From an uncultured Bacteroidales bacterium (lineage in GTDB: Bacteria > Bacteroidota > Bacteroidia > Bacteroidales > CAIWKO01): a DNA stretch of 64,000 nucleotides. Numbering within the stretch: position 1 is the first letter of the stretch; every line of letters starts with the position of its first letter. The translations under genes were made by a program, and so were the position numbers. Below the pieces are notes generated by a model that was given only the letters and a program-made list of their open reading frames with translations, did no database searches and had not been told where the DNA came from. Below are positions 18,590-28,011 of this stretch, one piece after another. The DNA lies in assembly GCA_964599365.1 (NCBI GenBank), contig CAZRFL010000012.1, forward strand, positions 2,241-66,240, read 5' to 3'.

Positions 18590-20386
18590 TTAAAGTTTTA
18601 CAATCTTCCGGTTAAAGCTACCTCTTTCTGTTTCGACAGAAAGGATATAAATGCCCGGTTTCAGGGCGGAGATATTAATATCTTCGTTTGAGATTCCTGT
18701 TTTGAATTTATTATTGATCATGGTTTTGCCTTCCAGGGTTTTTATTTGGAAAGTTGTAACGGTATTTTCCGAGGTAAACTGAAAATGCAATATATCTGAT
18801 GCAGGATTAGGAAAGACCAGTAAGGGATTGGGTTCTGATGACCCAATATTTGTAATGATACTTGTCTGGCTGCAATCGGTAAATTGGGCTAAGTTGTACC
18901 GTTCCTTTGCAGGAATAGTTCCTGAATTTAAAATATTGGGAATGCCAATGTCAGGCCATGACTGGCTTACATTCCAAAAAGAAGGTGCAGTATTCAGAAA
19001 GTACGATTGGTCTGCCAAGGGCGATGTTCCAGTTGGAATAATGGTGCCGTTCTTATTATTGCCGAATTGAATGTGTCCGCTGCCTGTTAGTGTATAAGCT
19101 CCCCAGGTAAACGGAAAAGTGTAACCGCTCCCCGTAATTTCATTTCCCACAAAATTCTGATTATTGGTTAATGCCGACGACATGATGATGCCGTACATTT
19201 CCACCCGGTTGCGGAAGAAGGTATTGTTGGGCCCCGAAGGTCCCCAGGTTTGGTCGATATAGATGGTTTGCACTATGTTGCCTTCGAAAAGATTGGCAAA
19301 GGAATAATGCCCGTGCAAAGAAATATCACCGCAATAATCCTGAGGATATTCCATTGAACCGTTTCGGAAAGGATTGCGCGAATAATTGTAAGCAAAAACA
19401 TTTCCATTAGCCCCCTGCTTGGTCATCATGGCATGTCGCAGGTGGTTGAAGATATTGTTCTGAATCAGGCAGTGGCAGGAATGATCAATAAGCGTCACCC
19501 CATAACCCTTGGTACCGCTTCCGTCGTAAACAAAAGCATCATGAAAATAGCAGCCGCTAACGCCAATATGGGAACTAAAATCGATGAGGCAGTGGCTTCC
19601 CTGACTTTTGTTGCTTTCTATGCCCTTGAGTTCGCAGTTTACCGCATAGTAGAACTGGAAATTATAACCGGTACCTGCCGTCGAGTTATCGGTTCGCTCC
19701 ACATTCATGCACGAAATTCCTGAAGCTGAGCAGGGATTGATTTTTTGTATTTTTAGGTTCAGCGAAGTGTCGAAAGTAATATGCAGTTCGTCGAATAGGA
19801 TAAGCGTATCATTCACTACTGAATCCACTTGTACGATCTGTCCCACACAATAGGTTGCCCATGTAGCCGGATTGGAATCCCAGGTTCCGTTATCCTGTCT
19901 TATTTCACAATAATTACCTGCTGAGAACGAAGCAGGATTCAATACTTTGATCTTATGATAGCCTTTTTGAAAGCCGCTGACAATGTCTGTAAAATTGCCC
20001 GTTGCTGAGCCTGAAAAATTAAAACCATTGCTGCTGTGGGCTAATTTAATAAAGGTTGAATCCGAACCTGCCCCTTTCAGGCAAATAGAATCAGGAACAT
20101 CAACGGAAGAAGCCAACAAATAGGCCCCTTGAGGAAAATAAACTACCCCTGGATGTCCGCCAAAAGAGGCCATCGCATTTTGCAATGCGGTATTGTTACT
20201 CGTCGTACCATCCGCAATACCCCCAAATGACAAAATACTTACCTGAGGCGCATCAGCAGGAAATACAAAACGGTTGCCTGCTTTCGACCAATCAACAGTA
20301 TTGGCGGAAGGAATCACCTGTGCAACTAATCCGTTGACTAATAGAAAGAGTAACAACAATGTTATTATAATGGTTTTAACCCGCAT
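18590..20386 (-). CDS. right-handed parallel beta-helix (pectate-lyase superfamily) protein with T9SS type-A CTD
   Basis: Signal peptide. The N-terminus resembles Pectate_lyase_3 (ILSFGGIADGTTSNNTALQNAM...VVYFPQGAYLL). The C-terminus reads LLVFPNPASDILHFQF...GIYILSVETERGSFNRKIVKL. Confidence 0.7.
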   Translation of the reverse strand: MRVKTIIITLLLLFLLVNGLVAQVIPSANTVDWSKAGNRFVFPADAPQVSILSFGGIADGTTSNNTALQNAMASFGGHPGVVYFPQGAYLLASSVDVPDSICLKGAGSDSTFIKLAHSSNGFNFSGSATGNFTDIVSGFQKGYHKIKVLNPASFSAGNYCEIRQDNGTWDSNPATWATYCVGQIVQVDSVVNDTLILFDELHITFDTSLNLKIQKINPCSASGISCMNVERTDNSTAGTGYNFQFYYAVNCELKGIESNKSQGSHCLIDFSSHIGVSGCYFHDAFVYDGSGTKGYGVTLIDHSCHCLIQNNIFNHLRHAMMTKQGANGNVFAYNYSRNPFRNGSMEYPQDYCGDISLHGHYSFANLFEGNIVQTIYIDQTWGPSGPNNTFFRNRVEMYGIIMSSALTNNQNFVGNEITGSGYTFPFTWGAYTLTGSGHIQFGNNKNGTIIPTGTSPLADQSYFLNTAPSFWNVSQSWPDIGIPNILNSGTIPAKERYNLAQFTDCSQTSIITNIGSSEPNPLLVFPNPASDILHFQFTSENTVTTFQIKTLEGKTMINNKFKTGISNEDINISALKPGIYILSVETERGSFNRKIVKL

Positions 20387-20413
20387 GGTGTTATTACGTA
20401 GTAAATCTTAACC

Positions 20414-20803
20414 TTAGAAATTGAAATCGGCCATAGGCAACATCAATAGCCTTATGACCTCGATCACGCTCATCAGGGCATAAATACCTCCTATTACGAT
20501 CAGAATGATCTTCCATACCTTATTTTTTACAGTGAAAGCAAGTAGTATAGGAACCGCAGCCCAAATCAGGTTTACGAAATTGCCGAAATATCGCATACTA
20601 TGCCAATCGAAAGTATGAATCAGTGAGAACGCAGACCAAAAGAATTTCGAGAACATCATAAAGATAACGACCATAATGATTATGATGTCAGAGAACTTGC
20701 CTTTTTCGATGTTGCCTGATTCCAGAGATTGCAGACTATAGCCGCATTTGATACAATAAGAAGCATGAGTTTCGTTTTCTGTGTTGCAATGATTACAGAT
20801 CAT
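20414..20803 (-). CDS. zinc-ribbon domain membrane protein
   Basis: MICNHCNTENETHASYCIKCGY (CxxC...CxxC) is followed by 3-4 hydrophobic helices. Confidence 0.5.
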   Translation of the reverse strand: MICNHCNTENETHASYCIKCGYSLQSLESGNIEKGKFSDIIIIMVVIFMMFSKFFWSAFSLIHTFDWHSMRYFGNFVNLIWAAVPILLAFTVKNKVWKIILIVIGGIYALMSVIEVIRLLMLPMADFNF

Positions 20804-20847
20804 AAATAAAAGGATTAAAAATGAAGTCTAAAAGTACAAACAACCTT

Positions 20848-21765
20848 TTAATTCTGATCAGAATTTTTGTTGCTTGTCAGATATTTTTTCAAACGCAGTT
20901 GCGAAAGGGATAATCCCATGATCACGACGGCAATTCCTGCTATCTTTAGTGGTGTAAATTCTTCATGACCCATATGGTAAGAAAGAAAAGCAGTAATTAT
21001 AGGAATCAGATAAGTGAAAATGGAAGCCTTGGTAACTCCAATATGTTTGGTACCTATAGTAAAAAGGAAAAACGCCAGAGCCGAAGCAAAGATCGCCAGG
21101 GCGGTGATGTTGATGACCAATTCAGAATTTATCTGTACCGTTCTGAGAATATCAAAATCAAAGAGGATCAGCAGGGGCAGAAAATAGACGATGCCAATTA
21201 CATTCTGTGCCGAAATGATGGTGTAAGCATTGTATTTCTTTGTCAGACCCTGCAAAATATAGCTGTAACCCATCACACTGGCCACAGCAATCATAAGGAA
21301 TCCTATGCCCAGAGGGGATGCGGCAAAACTGAGATCTTTGTTCAGTACTACCATAAGGACTCCAATGAAAGCAATGAATATCCCGAAAAACGTTCCGGAA
21401 TTTATGGGTTCTTTTGCCAGGAAATACATAGAGAAAGGAACAAACAGGGGTATGGTGGAAATCACTATGGCGGCCACCGTGGGAGCTACATACTTTAGAC
21501 CATAACTTTCCCCCAGATAGTACATAAGTGGTTCGAAAAATGCCAGCAAGAGAAATTTATACAGGTCCTTCTTTTCTATCTTTTGCAATTTCCCCAAAAT
21601 AAGAGATAACCCCATAAGGAAGATAGAGGCAATTACCAGCCTTATGAAAACGGTGGAAATAGGATTCAGATATTTGAAGACATTTTGAGTCCAGATGTAG
21701 GAAAAACTCCAGAACACCATGGCCAGAACGAGTATTACGTAGATGAAAGCTTTGTTTGTCTTCAT
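20848..21765 (-). CDS. DMT-superfamily (EamA-like) transporter
   Basis: About 10 TM helices over 305 aa, starting at MKTNKAFIYVILVLAMVFWSFSYIW. The ORF-track N-terminal extension to 22104 overlaps the divergent OMT gene and is not hydrophobic. Confidence 0.8.
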   Translation of the reverse strand: MKTNKAFIYVILVLAMVFWSFSYIWTQNVFKYLNPISTVFIRLVIASIFLMGLSLILGKLQKIEKKDLYKFLLLAFFEPLMYYLGESYGLKYVAPTVAAIVISTIPLFVPFSMYFLAKEPINSGTFFGIFIAFIGVLMVVLNKDLSFAASPLGIGFLMIAVASVMGYSYILQGLTKKYNAYTIISAQNVIGIVYFLPLLILFDFDILRTVQINSELVINITALAIFASALAFFLFTIGTKHIGVTKASIFTYLIPIITAFLSYHMGHEEFTPLKIAGIAVVIMGLSLSQLRLKKYLTSNKNSDQN

Positions 21766-21828
21766 TTGGGAGTGCAAAAGTACACCATTATACTTAATCA
21801 ATATAATGCCCATCACAAAAAGTGTTGC

Positions 21829-21836
21829 TATATTTG
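21829..21836 (+). promoter_or_regulatory. -7 box TAnnTTTG for the OMT/radical-SAM operon
   Basis: TATATTTG lies 24 nt upstream of the ATG at 21860. Confidence 0.4.
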
Positions 21837-21859
21837 CATGAAAGAACCGAAACAGGCCA

Positions 21860-22960
21860 ATGACCGAAAAACTCAAGGACAAGAAACTACCCCCGCTTAT
21901 CATTATAAAAGCTACCATTGGATTAAGGAACTTCCTGGTCAGGCTTACCAAAAAGATGCTTCCTGCCAACTTCATTTTGCTGGAAGAGGCATCTGCATTC
22001 TGGAAAGCGAAATCAATAGAAGTAGCAGCAAGACTTAACATCCCCGACTTTCTGGAAAAAGGACCTATGAGTATTGAAAAACTGGCCGAGCTTTCCCAAA
22101 GCAATGAAGATGCGCTCTACAGGGTGTTGAGGGCGCTATCCGGCGAAGGTATATTTAAAGAATTACCGGGTCGAAGGTTTAAAAATACAAGGCTCTCCAG
22201 GGCTTTTATGATGAAGCAGGAATCTGTGAAGTACTTTGTGATGCATCACCTGGGAGAAAACAACTGGGACCTGGTGGGCGATTTATACAACTGTGCTAAA
22301 ACAGGAGAGAATGCCATCACCCATAAATTCAAAATGCCTCCTTTCGAGTATCTGGCTCAAAACCCTGAAAAGAATGACATGTTTAATAAGGCCATGACCG
22401 AAACAGCCGAATTGTCGGGGAGCATCTTTGTGAATGCTTATAATTTTGGGAAATACCAACTCATTGTCGATATTGGGGGTGGTCAGGGACACTTGCTGGC
22501 TCAGATCTTACAAAAATATCAGAACTCGCAGGCTATTTTGTTCGACCAGCCGCATGTTGTCACGGAAGCGACGGCACTGCTGCAGAGCAAGGGCGTGGAA
22601 AGCCGGTGCAACATCGTCTCAGGAAGTTTCTTTGAAGAGATACCTGCCTCGGGCAATCTGTATATCATGAAGAATATTTTGCACGATTGGGATGATGCTA
22701 CTTCGGAGGCCATACTTGCCAATATTCATAAAGCCATGCCTGCCGACAGCAGGCTGCTGATCATAGAAACCATTATCAAACCCAATAACAAGCCGTCGTT
22801 TGGTAAATTCATAGACCTTCAGATGCTGATAGGAACCATAGGAGGCAAAGAACGAACCCTGCCGGAGTTCGACAACCTCTTAAGGAAAGCGGGATTCAGC
22901 ATAAACCGGGTAATAGAAAATGCCACTCCATTCAGTTTTATTGAGGCTGTGAAACGATGA
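21860..22960 (+). CDS. class I SAM-dependent O-methyltransferase (Methyltransf_2 / COMT-CrtF-like, with N-terminal dimerisation domain)
   Basis: WKAKSIEVAARLNIPDFLEKGPMSIEKLAE (winged-helix dimerisation region), the SAM motif VDIGGGQGHLLAQI, and YIMKNILHDWDD. An alternative start at M33 (21956) is possible. Confidence 0.8.
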   Translation: MTEKLKDKKLPPLIIIKATIGLRNFLVRLTKKMLPANFILLEEASAFWKAKSIEVAARLNIPDFLEKGPMSIEKLAELSQSNEDALYRVLRALSGEGIFKELPGRRFKNTRLSRAFMMKQESVKYFVMHHLGENNWDLVGDLYNCAKTGENAITHKFKMPPFEYLAQNPEKNDMFNKAMTETAELSGSIFVNAYNFGKYQLIVDIGGGQGHLLAQILQKYQNSQAILFDQPHVVTEATALLQSKGVESRCNIVSGSFFEEIPASGNLYIMKNILHDWDDATSEAILANIHKAMPADSRLLIIETIIKPNNKPSFGKFIDLQMLIGTIGGKERTLPEFDNLLRKAGFSINRVIENATPFSFIEAVKR

Positions 22961-24381
22961 AAAAAGTACTGCTGGTAAACGTAAATACCGAAAAAGCCCC
23001 CTATCCTGTGCCTCCCATAGGATTGTGTATTATTGCCCAAAGCATTGAGGATAGTTTTGAAGTGGAGGTTTATGATGGCATGTTTGATGAGGGCAGGAAT
23101 CTCGAAGCGGCTGTGACGCGATTTCAACCCGATTTCATTGGTTGCAGCATTCGCAACATTGATTCCATGTCGATTCAGACCAAAGATTTTTTTCTGGATA
23201 AGGTGAATGAGGTATTTATAAAGCCCCTCCGAAAGTATTCTCAGGCCTCCATCATTCTCGGGGGAAGCGGATTCAGTATCTATCCTTATGAAACTCTGAA
23301 TTATCTTGATGTTAACTACGGCATCATTGGCGAAGGGGAAGAAACTTTCAAAGAATTATTACTGGCACTGGAAAACCATACGGACCTGGCCCTAATCAAA
23401 GGTGTTGCCTGCCGTGATTTTCCGGAGGAACTCAGGTTGAAGAAACTTACCAGCCCTCATCCCATAGCGAAATATCATTCCGGTATTTACAAGTACATTG
23501 ATTTCTCAGCTTACGAAGAAAGAGGTGCCTATTCCATACAAACCAAACGAGGTTGTGCCCACAAATGCATTTACTGCACCTACCCCGTGATTGAAGGTAA
23601 GAAATTTCGCAGCCGCACCGCTGTGGATATTGTGGATGAAATTCAGAGGGTTTATGAAAAACTGGGGAATATCTGTTTTGAGTTTGTTGATTCTACCTTT
23701 AACGACCCCAGGGGGCATGCAGAAGCCATTTGTCATGAAATTATTGAGCGTAACCTAAAAGTGAGGTTGCGGACCATGGGCATCAATCCCGACAATACCA
23801 GCGAGGAATTGTTCCTGCTGATGAAAGAGGCAGGATTCTCCCAGATAGATTCTACGCCCGATACCGCCTCGGAAGTTATGCTTAAGAATCTCGGAAAGAA
23901 TTTCACTCTGGCAAGACTGGAGGAAATGGCTGTGCAACTGATGAAGGTGAACATTCCCACCATGTGGTTCTTTGTGTTTGGAGGCCCGGGAGAAACTTAC
24001 CAGGCCATTGATGAAACCTTTGCTTTTATCGAGCATTTCATTTCTGAAAAGGACCTGGTGTATATTGCCACCAGTCTGCGCATCTATCCCAAAACAAAAC
24101 TCTATGACATAGCTTTGGCAGAAAATATGATTTCGGCGGAAGACAATCTGCTGAAACCCGTTTTTTATGAGAATCCACAGTTTCCCCATGAGGAGATTAG
24201 CCGCTATCTGAGGGAAAAGATTGGGAAAAAACACAATATCCTTTTTACTTCCGATGCCCGCCCTTCGCCCGAAATGATGCAGCAAGCCATGCAGATACGC
24301 AGGGAACAGGGGTTTGATGAGCCCATGTTCCGGACTTTGCTAAGTCTGAGAAAAATCTGGATTGCTGAAGGCAAACTATAG
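22957..24381 (+). CDS. B12-binding-domain radical SAM protein (class B)
   Basis: The N-terminal Rossmann-like region MKKVLLVNVNTEKAPYPVPPIGLCIIA is followed by the CX3CX2C motif TKRGCAHKCIYCTYP. The start overlaps the OMT stop (ATGA). Confidence 0.85.
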   Translation: MKKVLLVNVNTEKAPYPVPPIGLCIIAQSIEDSFEVEVYDGMFDEGRNLEAAVTRFQPDFIGCSIRNIDSMSIQTKDFFLDKVNEVFIKPLRKYSQASIILGGSGFSIYPYETLNYLDVNYGIIGEGEETFKELLLALENHTDLALIKGVACRDFPEELRLKKLTSPHPIAKYHSGIYKYIDFSAYEERGAYSIQTKRGCAHKCIYCTYPVIEGKKFRSRTAVDIVDEIQRVYEKLGNICFEFVDSTFNDPRGHAEAICHEIIERNLKVRLRTMGINPDNTSEELFLLMKEAGFSQIDSTPDTASEVMLKNLGKNFTLARLEEMAVQLMKVNIPTMWFFVFGGPGETYQAIDETFAFIEHFISEKDLVYIATSLRIYPKTKLYDIALAENMISAEDNLLKPVFYENPQFPHEEISRYLREKIGKKHNILFTSDARPSPEMMQQAMQIRREQGFDEPMFRTLLSLRKIWIAEGKL

Positions 24382-24456
24382 ATGTTACAGGAAAAAGGTT
24401 TATTTTTATCGTAAATTCCTGCAAAGGGAGCACTAAAACCAAAACCATTACGACTC

Positions 24457-26385
24457 ATGAGGATACTACTGATCAGCCCGGGCACAGCTGACGAAATTGA
24501 CAATAAAGTGATCAGGCAGATCCCTTATCTCTATGCCAAAGCTTTCAATGCCCCTCATGCCATTGCCACCGTGGCGGCCCTCACGCCTGCGGAGCACGAA
24601 GTGGTGCTTCACGATGAATACATGCGCGGGCCTTCGGAAGAATTTCTGCCTGGTAAAGAATTCGATATCATTGGGATTTCGGTTACCTCCAACCAGCTGC
24701 AGCGCAGTCTGACCATTGCAGCCGCCTGTCGTAAATTTTGTCCTAAGGCAACCATAGTCGCCGGGGGGATAGGAGTGGAGACCCTCATTTATAAAAATAA
24801 GGACGACATTGATGTGGTGGTTCATGGGGAAGCAGAAGAAACCTGGCCCAAGTTTCTGGAAGATTTCAAGAACGGGAAATACCTTAAGGTTTATAAAAGC
24901 CTTACCAAACCCGATATGACCAAAACCCCGGCTCCTCGTTGGGATCTGTTGGGTGAGGACATCATTCATTATAACTCGGTTTCGGTGCAGACCACCCGCG
25001 GATGTCCTTTCGACTGCAGTTTTTGCGATGTGATCTATACCTACGGACGCAAACCGCGCAGTAAGACCATTGAGCAGGTGCTGGAAGAGATTCGCCGGCT
25101 GAACGAACTGAAGGTGATGATGGTGTTTATAGCCGACGATAATTTTGCCGGCGACAAGAAGTATGTGAAGGAACTCTTGCGGCAGCTGATAGTGCTGAAC
25201 AATTCCTTTAAGATACCCATGGGCTTCTTTACCCAGCTGGATATCACGGTGGCTCAGGACGACGAACTGCTGCAACTGCTGGCCGATGCCAATTTCTATA
25301 ACCTCATGATTGGGGTGGAGTCCATCAATGCCGAATCGCTGAAGGACATGAACAAAAAGCAGAACATGGGAATTTCGGCGGTGGATGCCATCAAAAAGAT
25401 ACAATCATACGGCATGGCGGTGCTGGTGCATATGATCATAGGCTGCGATTCCGATGGGCCGGATGTGTTTAAGCATACCGCTCAGTTTGTTCAGGACGCC
25501 CACATTGTTTTTCATATCTGCCATCCGCTGGCAGCCCCTCCGGGAACCAAAATGTGGTACGATTACAAACGCAACGGACGTCTTATCACCACCGAGCATG
25601 AAGAAGCCAGCGATAAAATGGATATCCTCACCAACATCATCCCCAAACAAATGACGAGGATAGAGCTGTTGGAAGGACTGGCCAATTACTGGGATCATGT
25701 GTATACGCATGAGAAGTTCTACGACAGGGCCATGGGTTTTATCAACGGTATCAAATACAAACCCAAGGTGAAGCCTCCCGGTTTGCCCGATCTGTGGGCC
25801 CTGCGGAAGTTGGTGGGTGGGGTTTTCAAATATTATATGTTCAAAGCCGAAAAGGCCGACCGCAAGACCTTTTTCAAAATATTGGGCAAATCGAAAAAGA
25901 AACTCAGTTTCCTGATGCCCAAGATCATCTACATGTACACTTTCTTCCTGATCGATTGCATGCGCTCGAAGTATGATGCTCAGGTGGCCCGCGAAATGGC
26001 CCAATGGGAAAGAGAACATCCCGAAAAGATCAAAGTGGATTCTTGCGAGATACCAGTTTCGGAGACCATACGCGAAAATGCCAAGAGCCTGGTGACCGAT
26101 GCCTTTACGCATGTGAGGGAGAAAACCGATAGCAAAGAGCTTCTGTATAAAGCCGTGGTGAGCGCCATGTTGGACTTCAGCGACCGCTTCGGAGATACTT
26201 TCACTGTGTACGATGAGTTCCAGAAAGAGCACCTAAAAAGCGCCTGCGAACGTGCCCTGGGACAGGATATACCAAAGGAAGCATGCACTACCGTTACTCT
26301 AGCCGATACCCCGCCACCCTTCTTCACCCGCGAGATCATGGATGCTTTGGATAATGCGGTAAGGTATAGGAATATGTATAGTTAG
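24457..26385 (+). CDS. B12-binding-domain radical SAM protein with long DUF4070-like C-terminal extension
   Basis: MRILLISPG...IGISVTSNQ (B12-like fold) and TTRGCPFDCSFCDVIY (CX3CX2C). A helical C-terminal region of about 250 aa resembles those in BchE/HpnP-type enzymes. Confidence 0.85.
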   Translation: MRILLISPGTADEIDNKVIRQIPYLYAKAFNAPHAIATVAALTPAEHEVVLHDEYMRGPSEEFLPGKEFDIIGISVTSNQLQRSLTIAAACRKFCPKATIVAGGIGVETLIYKNKDDIDVVVHGEAEETWPKFLEDFKNGKYLKVYKSLTKPDMTKTPAPRWDLLGEDIIHYNSVSVQTTRGCPFDCSFCDVIYTYGRKPRSKTIEQVLEEIRRLNELKVMMVFIADDNFAGDKKYVKELLRQLIVLNNSFKIPMGFFTQLDITVAQDDELLQLLADANFYNLMIGVESINAESLKDMNKKQNMGISAVDAIKKIQSYGMAVLVHMIIGCDSDGPDVFKHTAQFVQDAHIVFHICHPLAAPPGTKMWYDYKRNGRLITTEHEEASDKMDILTNIIPKQMTRIELLEGLANYWDHVYTHEKFYDRAMGFINGIKYKPKVKPPGLPDLWALRKLVGGVFKYYMFKAEKADRKTFFKILGKSKKKLSFLMPKIIYMYTFFLIDCMRSKYDAQVAREMAQWEREHPEKIKVDSCEIPVSETIRENAKSLVTDAFTHVREKTDSKELLYKAVVSAMLDFSDRFGDTFTVYDEFQKEHLKSACERALGQDIPKEACTTVTLADTPPPFFTREIMDALDNAVRYRNMYS

Positions 26386-26390
26386 GGAGA

Positions 26391-26512
26391 GGTATTTAGT
26401 CTTTAGTATATGGTATTTAGTATTTAGTATATAGTAGTCGCCATTAACGGCATACCAAATACGAAAGGACAAATAACGAGTACCATATACCATATACCAT
26501 ATACCAGATACC
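26391..26512. repeat. stuttered imperfect inverted repeat between convergent genes
   Basis: The left arm uses GGTATTTAGT/TAGTATATGGTAT words (26391-26437). The right arm is TACCATATACCATATACCATATACCAGATACC (26481-26512), the reverse-complement word set. Confidence 0.7.
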
Positions 26513-27849
26513 TATTTCCCCGTATAATTCTGCGGTGTTATGTTTCTTAATTCTTCTTTAACGGCTTCGTTCACCGCAAGGGTTTCAATAAATTCCTGTA
26601 TACTTTCTTTGGTGATGGCCTGATGGGTGCGGGTGAGGGCCTTGAGGGCATTGTATGGATCGGGATAGTTTTCGCGGCGCAAAATGGTCTGTATGGCTTC
26701 GGCTACTACGGCCCAGTTGTGTTCCAGATCGGAGGCTATCTTGGTTTCGTTGATGAGGAGCTTGTCGAGGCCACGTTTCAGCGATTTCAGGGCTATGAGC
26801 ATATGAGCCACAGGCACGCCAATGTTGCGGGTGACGGTGGAATCGGTGAGGTCGCGCTGGAGGCGTGATACGGGAAGTTTTTCGGACAGGAATCCGAACA
26901 AGGCATTAGCCAGTCCGAAGTTGCCTTCGGCATTCTCGAAATCTATGGGATTTACCTTATGCGGCATGGCCGAAGAACCAACCTCATCCTTTTTGATCTT
27001 CTGACGGAAATAATCCATGGAAATGTAGGTCCACATATCGCGGCAGAGGTCGGTGCTGATGGTGTTGATACGTTTCAGGGTGTCGAAATAGGCGGCAAGG
27101 TTGTCGTAATGCTCAATCTGAGTGGTGCATTGCTGACGTTTCAGACCTATACGTTCGAGAAATTTATTGGCGAAAGCATGCCAGTCGAAGTCGGGATAGG
27201 CAACACAATGGGCGTTAAAATTGCCCGTGGCACCCCCGAACTTCCCTTCGAAGGAAATGATGTCGAAATATTTGAACTGTCCTTTCAGTCGCTCGGCAAA
27301 TACATTGATCTCCTTGCCCAGACGGGTAGGAGAGGCGGGCTGACCGTGAGTGCGCGCCAGCATGGGAATGTTTTTCCATTCGTGGGCCAACAGGCTGAGA
27401 TGGTCGGTGATGAGGGTGAGCATGGGCAGCAACACATTGCTGTGGGCTTCCTTCATCAGCAGGGGCATTGCGGTGTTGTTGATGTCCTGTGAGGTAAGAC
27501 CGAAATGTATGAATTCCTTGTATTTCGAGAATCCCAGCTCATCGAACTTCTGTCGCATGAAGTATTCCACCGCTTTCACATCATGATTGGTGACGGCTTC
27601 GTATTCCTTTACTTTGGCGGCATCCTGCAGGCTGAAATCGCCGTAGATGTTGCGTATCTTATACAGATCGTCGGCGCTGACTTCCCACAGGGCAGGCAGC
27701 ACGGGACAAAGCTCGATGAAGTATTCCGCTTCCACATACACCCGCTTTTTGATGAGGGCATATTCCGAAAAATAATCAGAGAGGATTTCGGTGGCTTTGC
27801 GATAGCGGCCATCGACGGGCGAAACGGCGGTCAAAGAATTGAGTTCCAT
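26512..27849 (-). CDS. purB: adenylosuccinate lyase
   Basis: SPVDGRYRKAT start, THGQPASPTRLGKE, and GSSAMPHKVNPIDFEN, the fumarate-lyase signature. Confidence 0.9.
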   Translation of the reverse strand: MELNSLTAVSPVDGRYRKATEILSDYFSEYALIKKRVYVEAEYFIELCPVLPALWEVSADDLYKIRNIYGDFSLQDAAKVKEYEAVTNHDVKAVEYFMRQKFDELGFSKYKEFIHFGLTSQDINNTAMPLLMKEAHSNVLLPMLTLITDHLSLLAHEWKNIPMLARTHGQPASPTRLGKEINVFAERLKGQFKYFDIISFEGKFGGATGNFNAHCVAYPDFDWHAFANKFLERIGLKRQQCTTQIEHYDNLAAYFDTLKRINTISTDLCRDMWTYISMDYFRQKIKKDEVGSSAMPHKVNPIDFENAEGNFGLANALFGFLSEKLPVSRLQRDLTDSTVTRNIGVPVAHMLIALKSLKRGLDKLLINETKIASDLEHNWAVVAEAIQTILRRENYPDPYNALKALTRTHQAITKESIQEFIETLAVNEAVKEELRNITPQNYTGK

Positions 27850-27893
27850 AGAAGTGGTTTATAGAACAAAAGTACGAAAAAGTTCGGAGTTCG

Positions 27894-27918
27894 TGTAGGG
27901 GCGAATGGCATTCGCCCA
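27894..27918. repeat. REP-like GC hairpin
   Basis: TGTAG-GGGCGAATG-g-CATTCGCCC gives a 9-bp perfect arm. It shares the TGTAG prefix with 14935-14962. Confidence 0.65.
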
Positions 27919-28011
27919 TTAATATTATTGGAAGATTTTTTTATTAATATTTCGGCGTTCGGTGTGTCAGTTATTACCTTTCGGAAAAAGGTTTTCATGA
28001 AGACCGGACAC

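Noticed and set aside
21766-21859. Cobalamin riboswitch ahead of the B12-dependent radical SAM operon
   Set aside because: The leader is at most about 25 nt from the predicted -7 box to the ATG, and the 94-bp spacer has no B12-box-like GCCACTG core.
21766-22104. N-terminal 113-aa extension of the EamA transporter ORF
   Set aside because: The extension overlaps the divergent O-methyltransferase gene by 245 nt and is not transporter-like. The internal start MKTNKAF gives a canonical 305-aa, 10-TM protein.
21860-26385. RiPP (ribosomal peptide) cluster interpretation of the radical SAM genes
   Set aside because: I could find no small precursor ORF in the 75-95-bp gaps or flanks, no SPASM or twitch Cys clusters, and no peptidase or RiPP-recognition element. 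This is not excluded by search, only unsupported.
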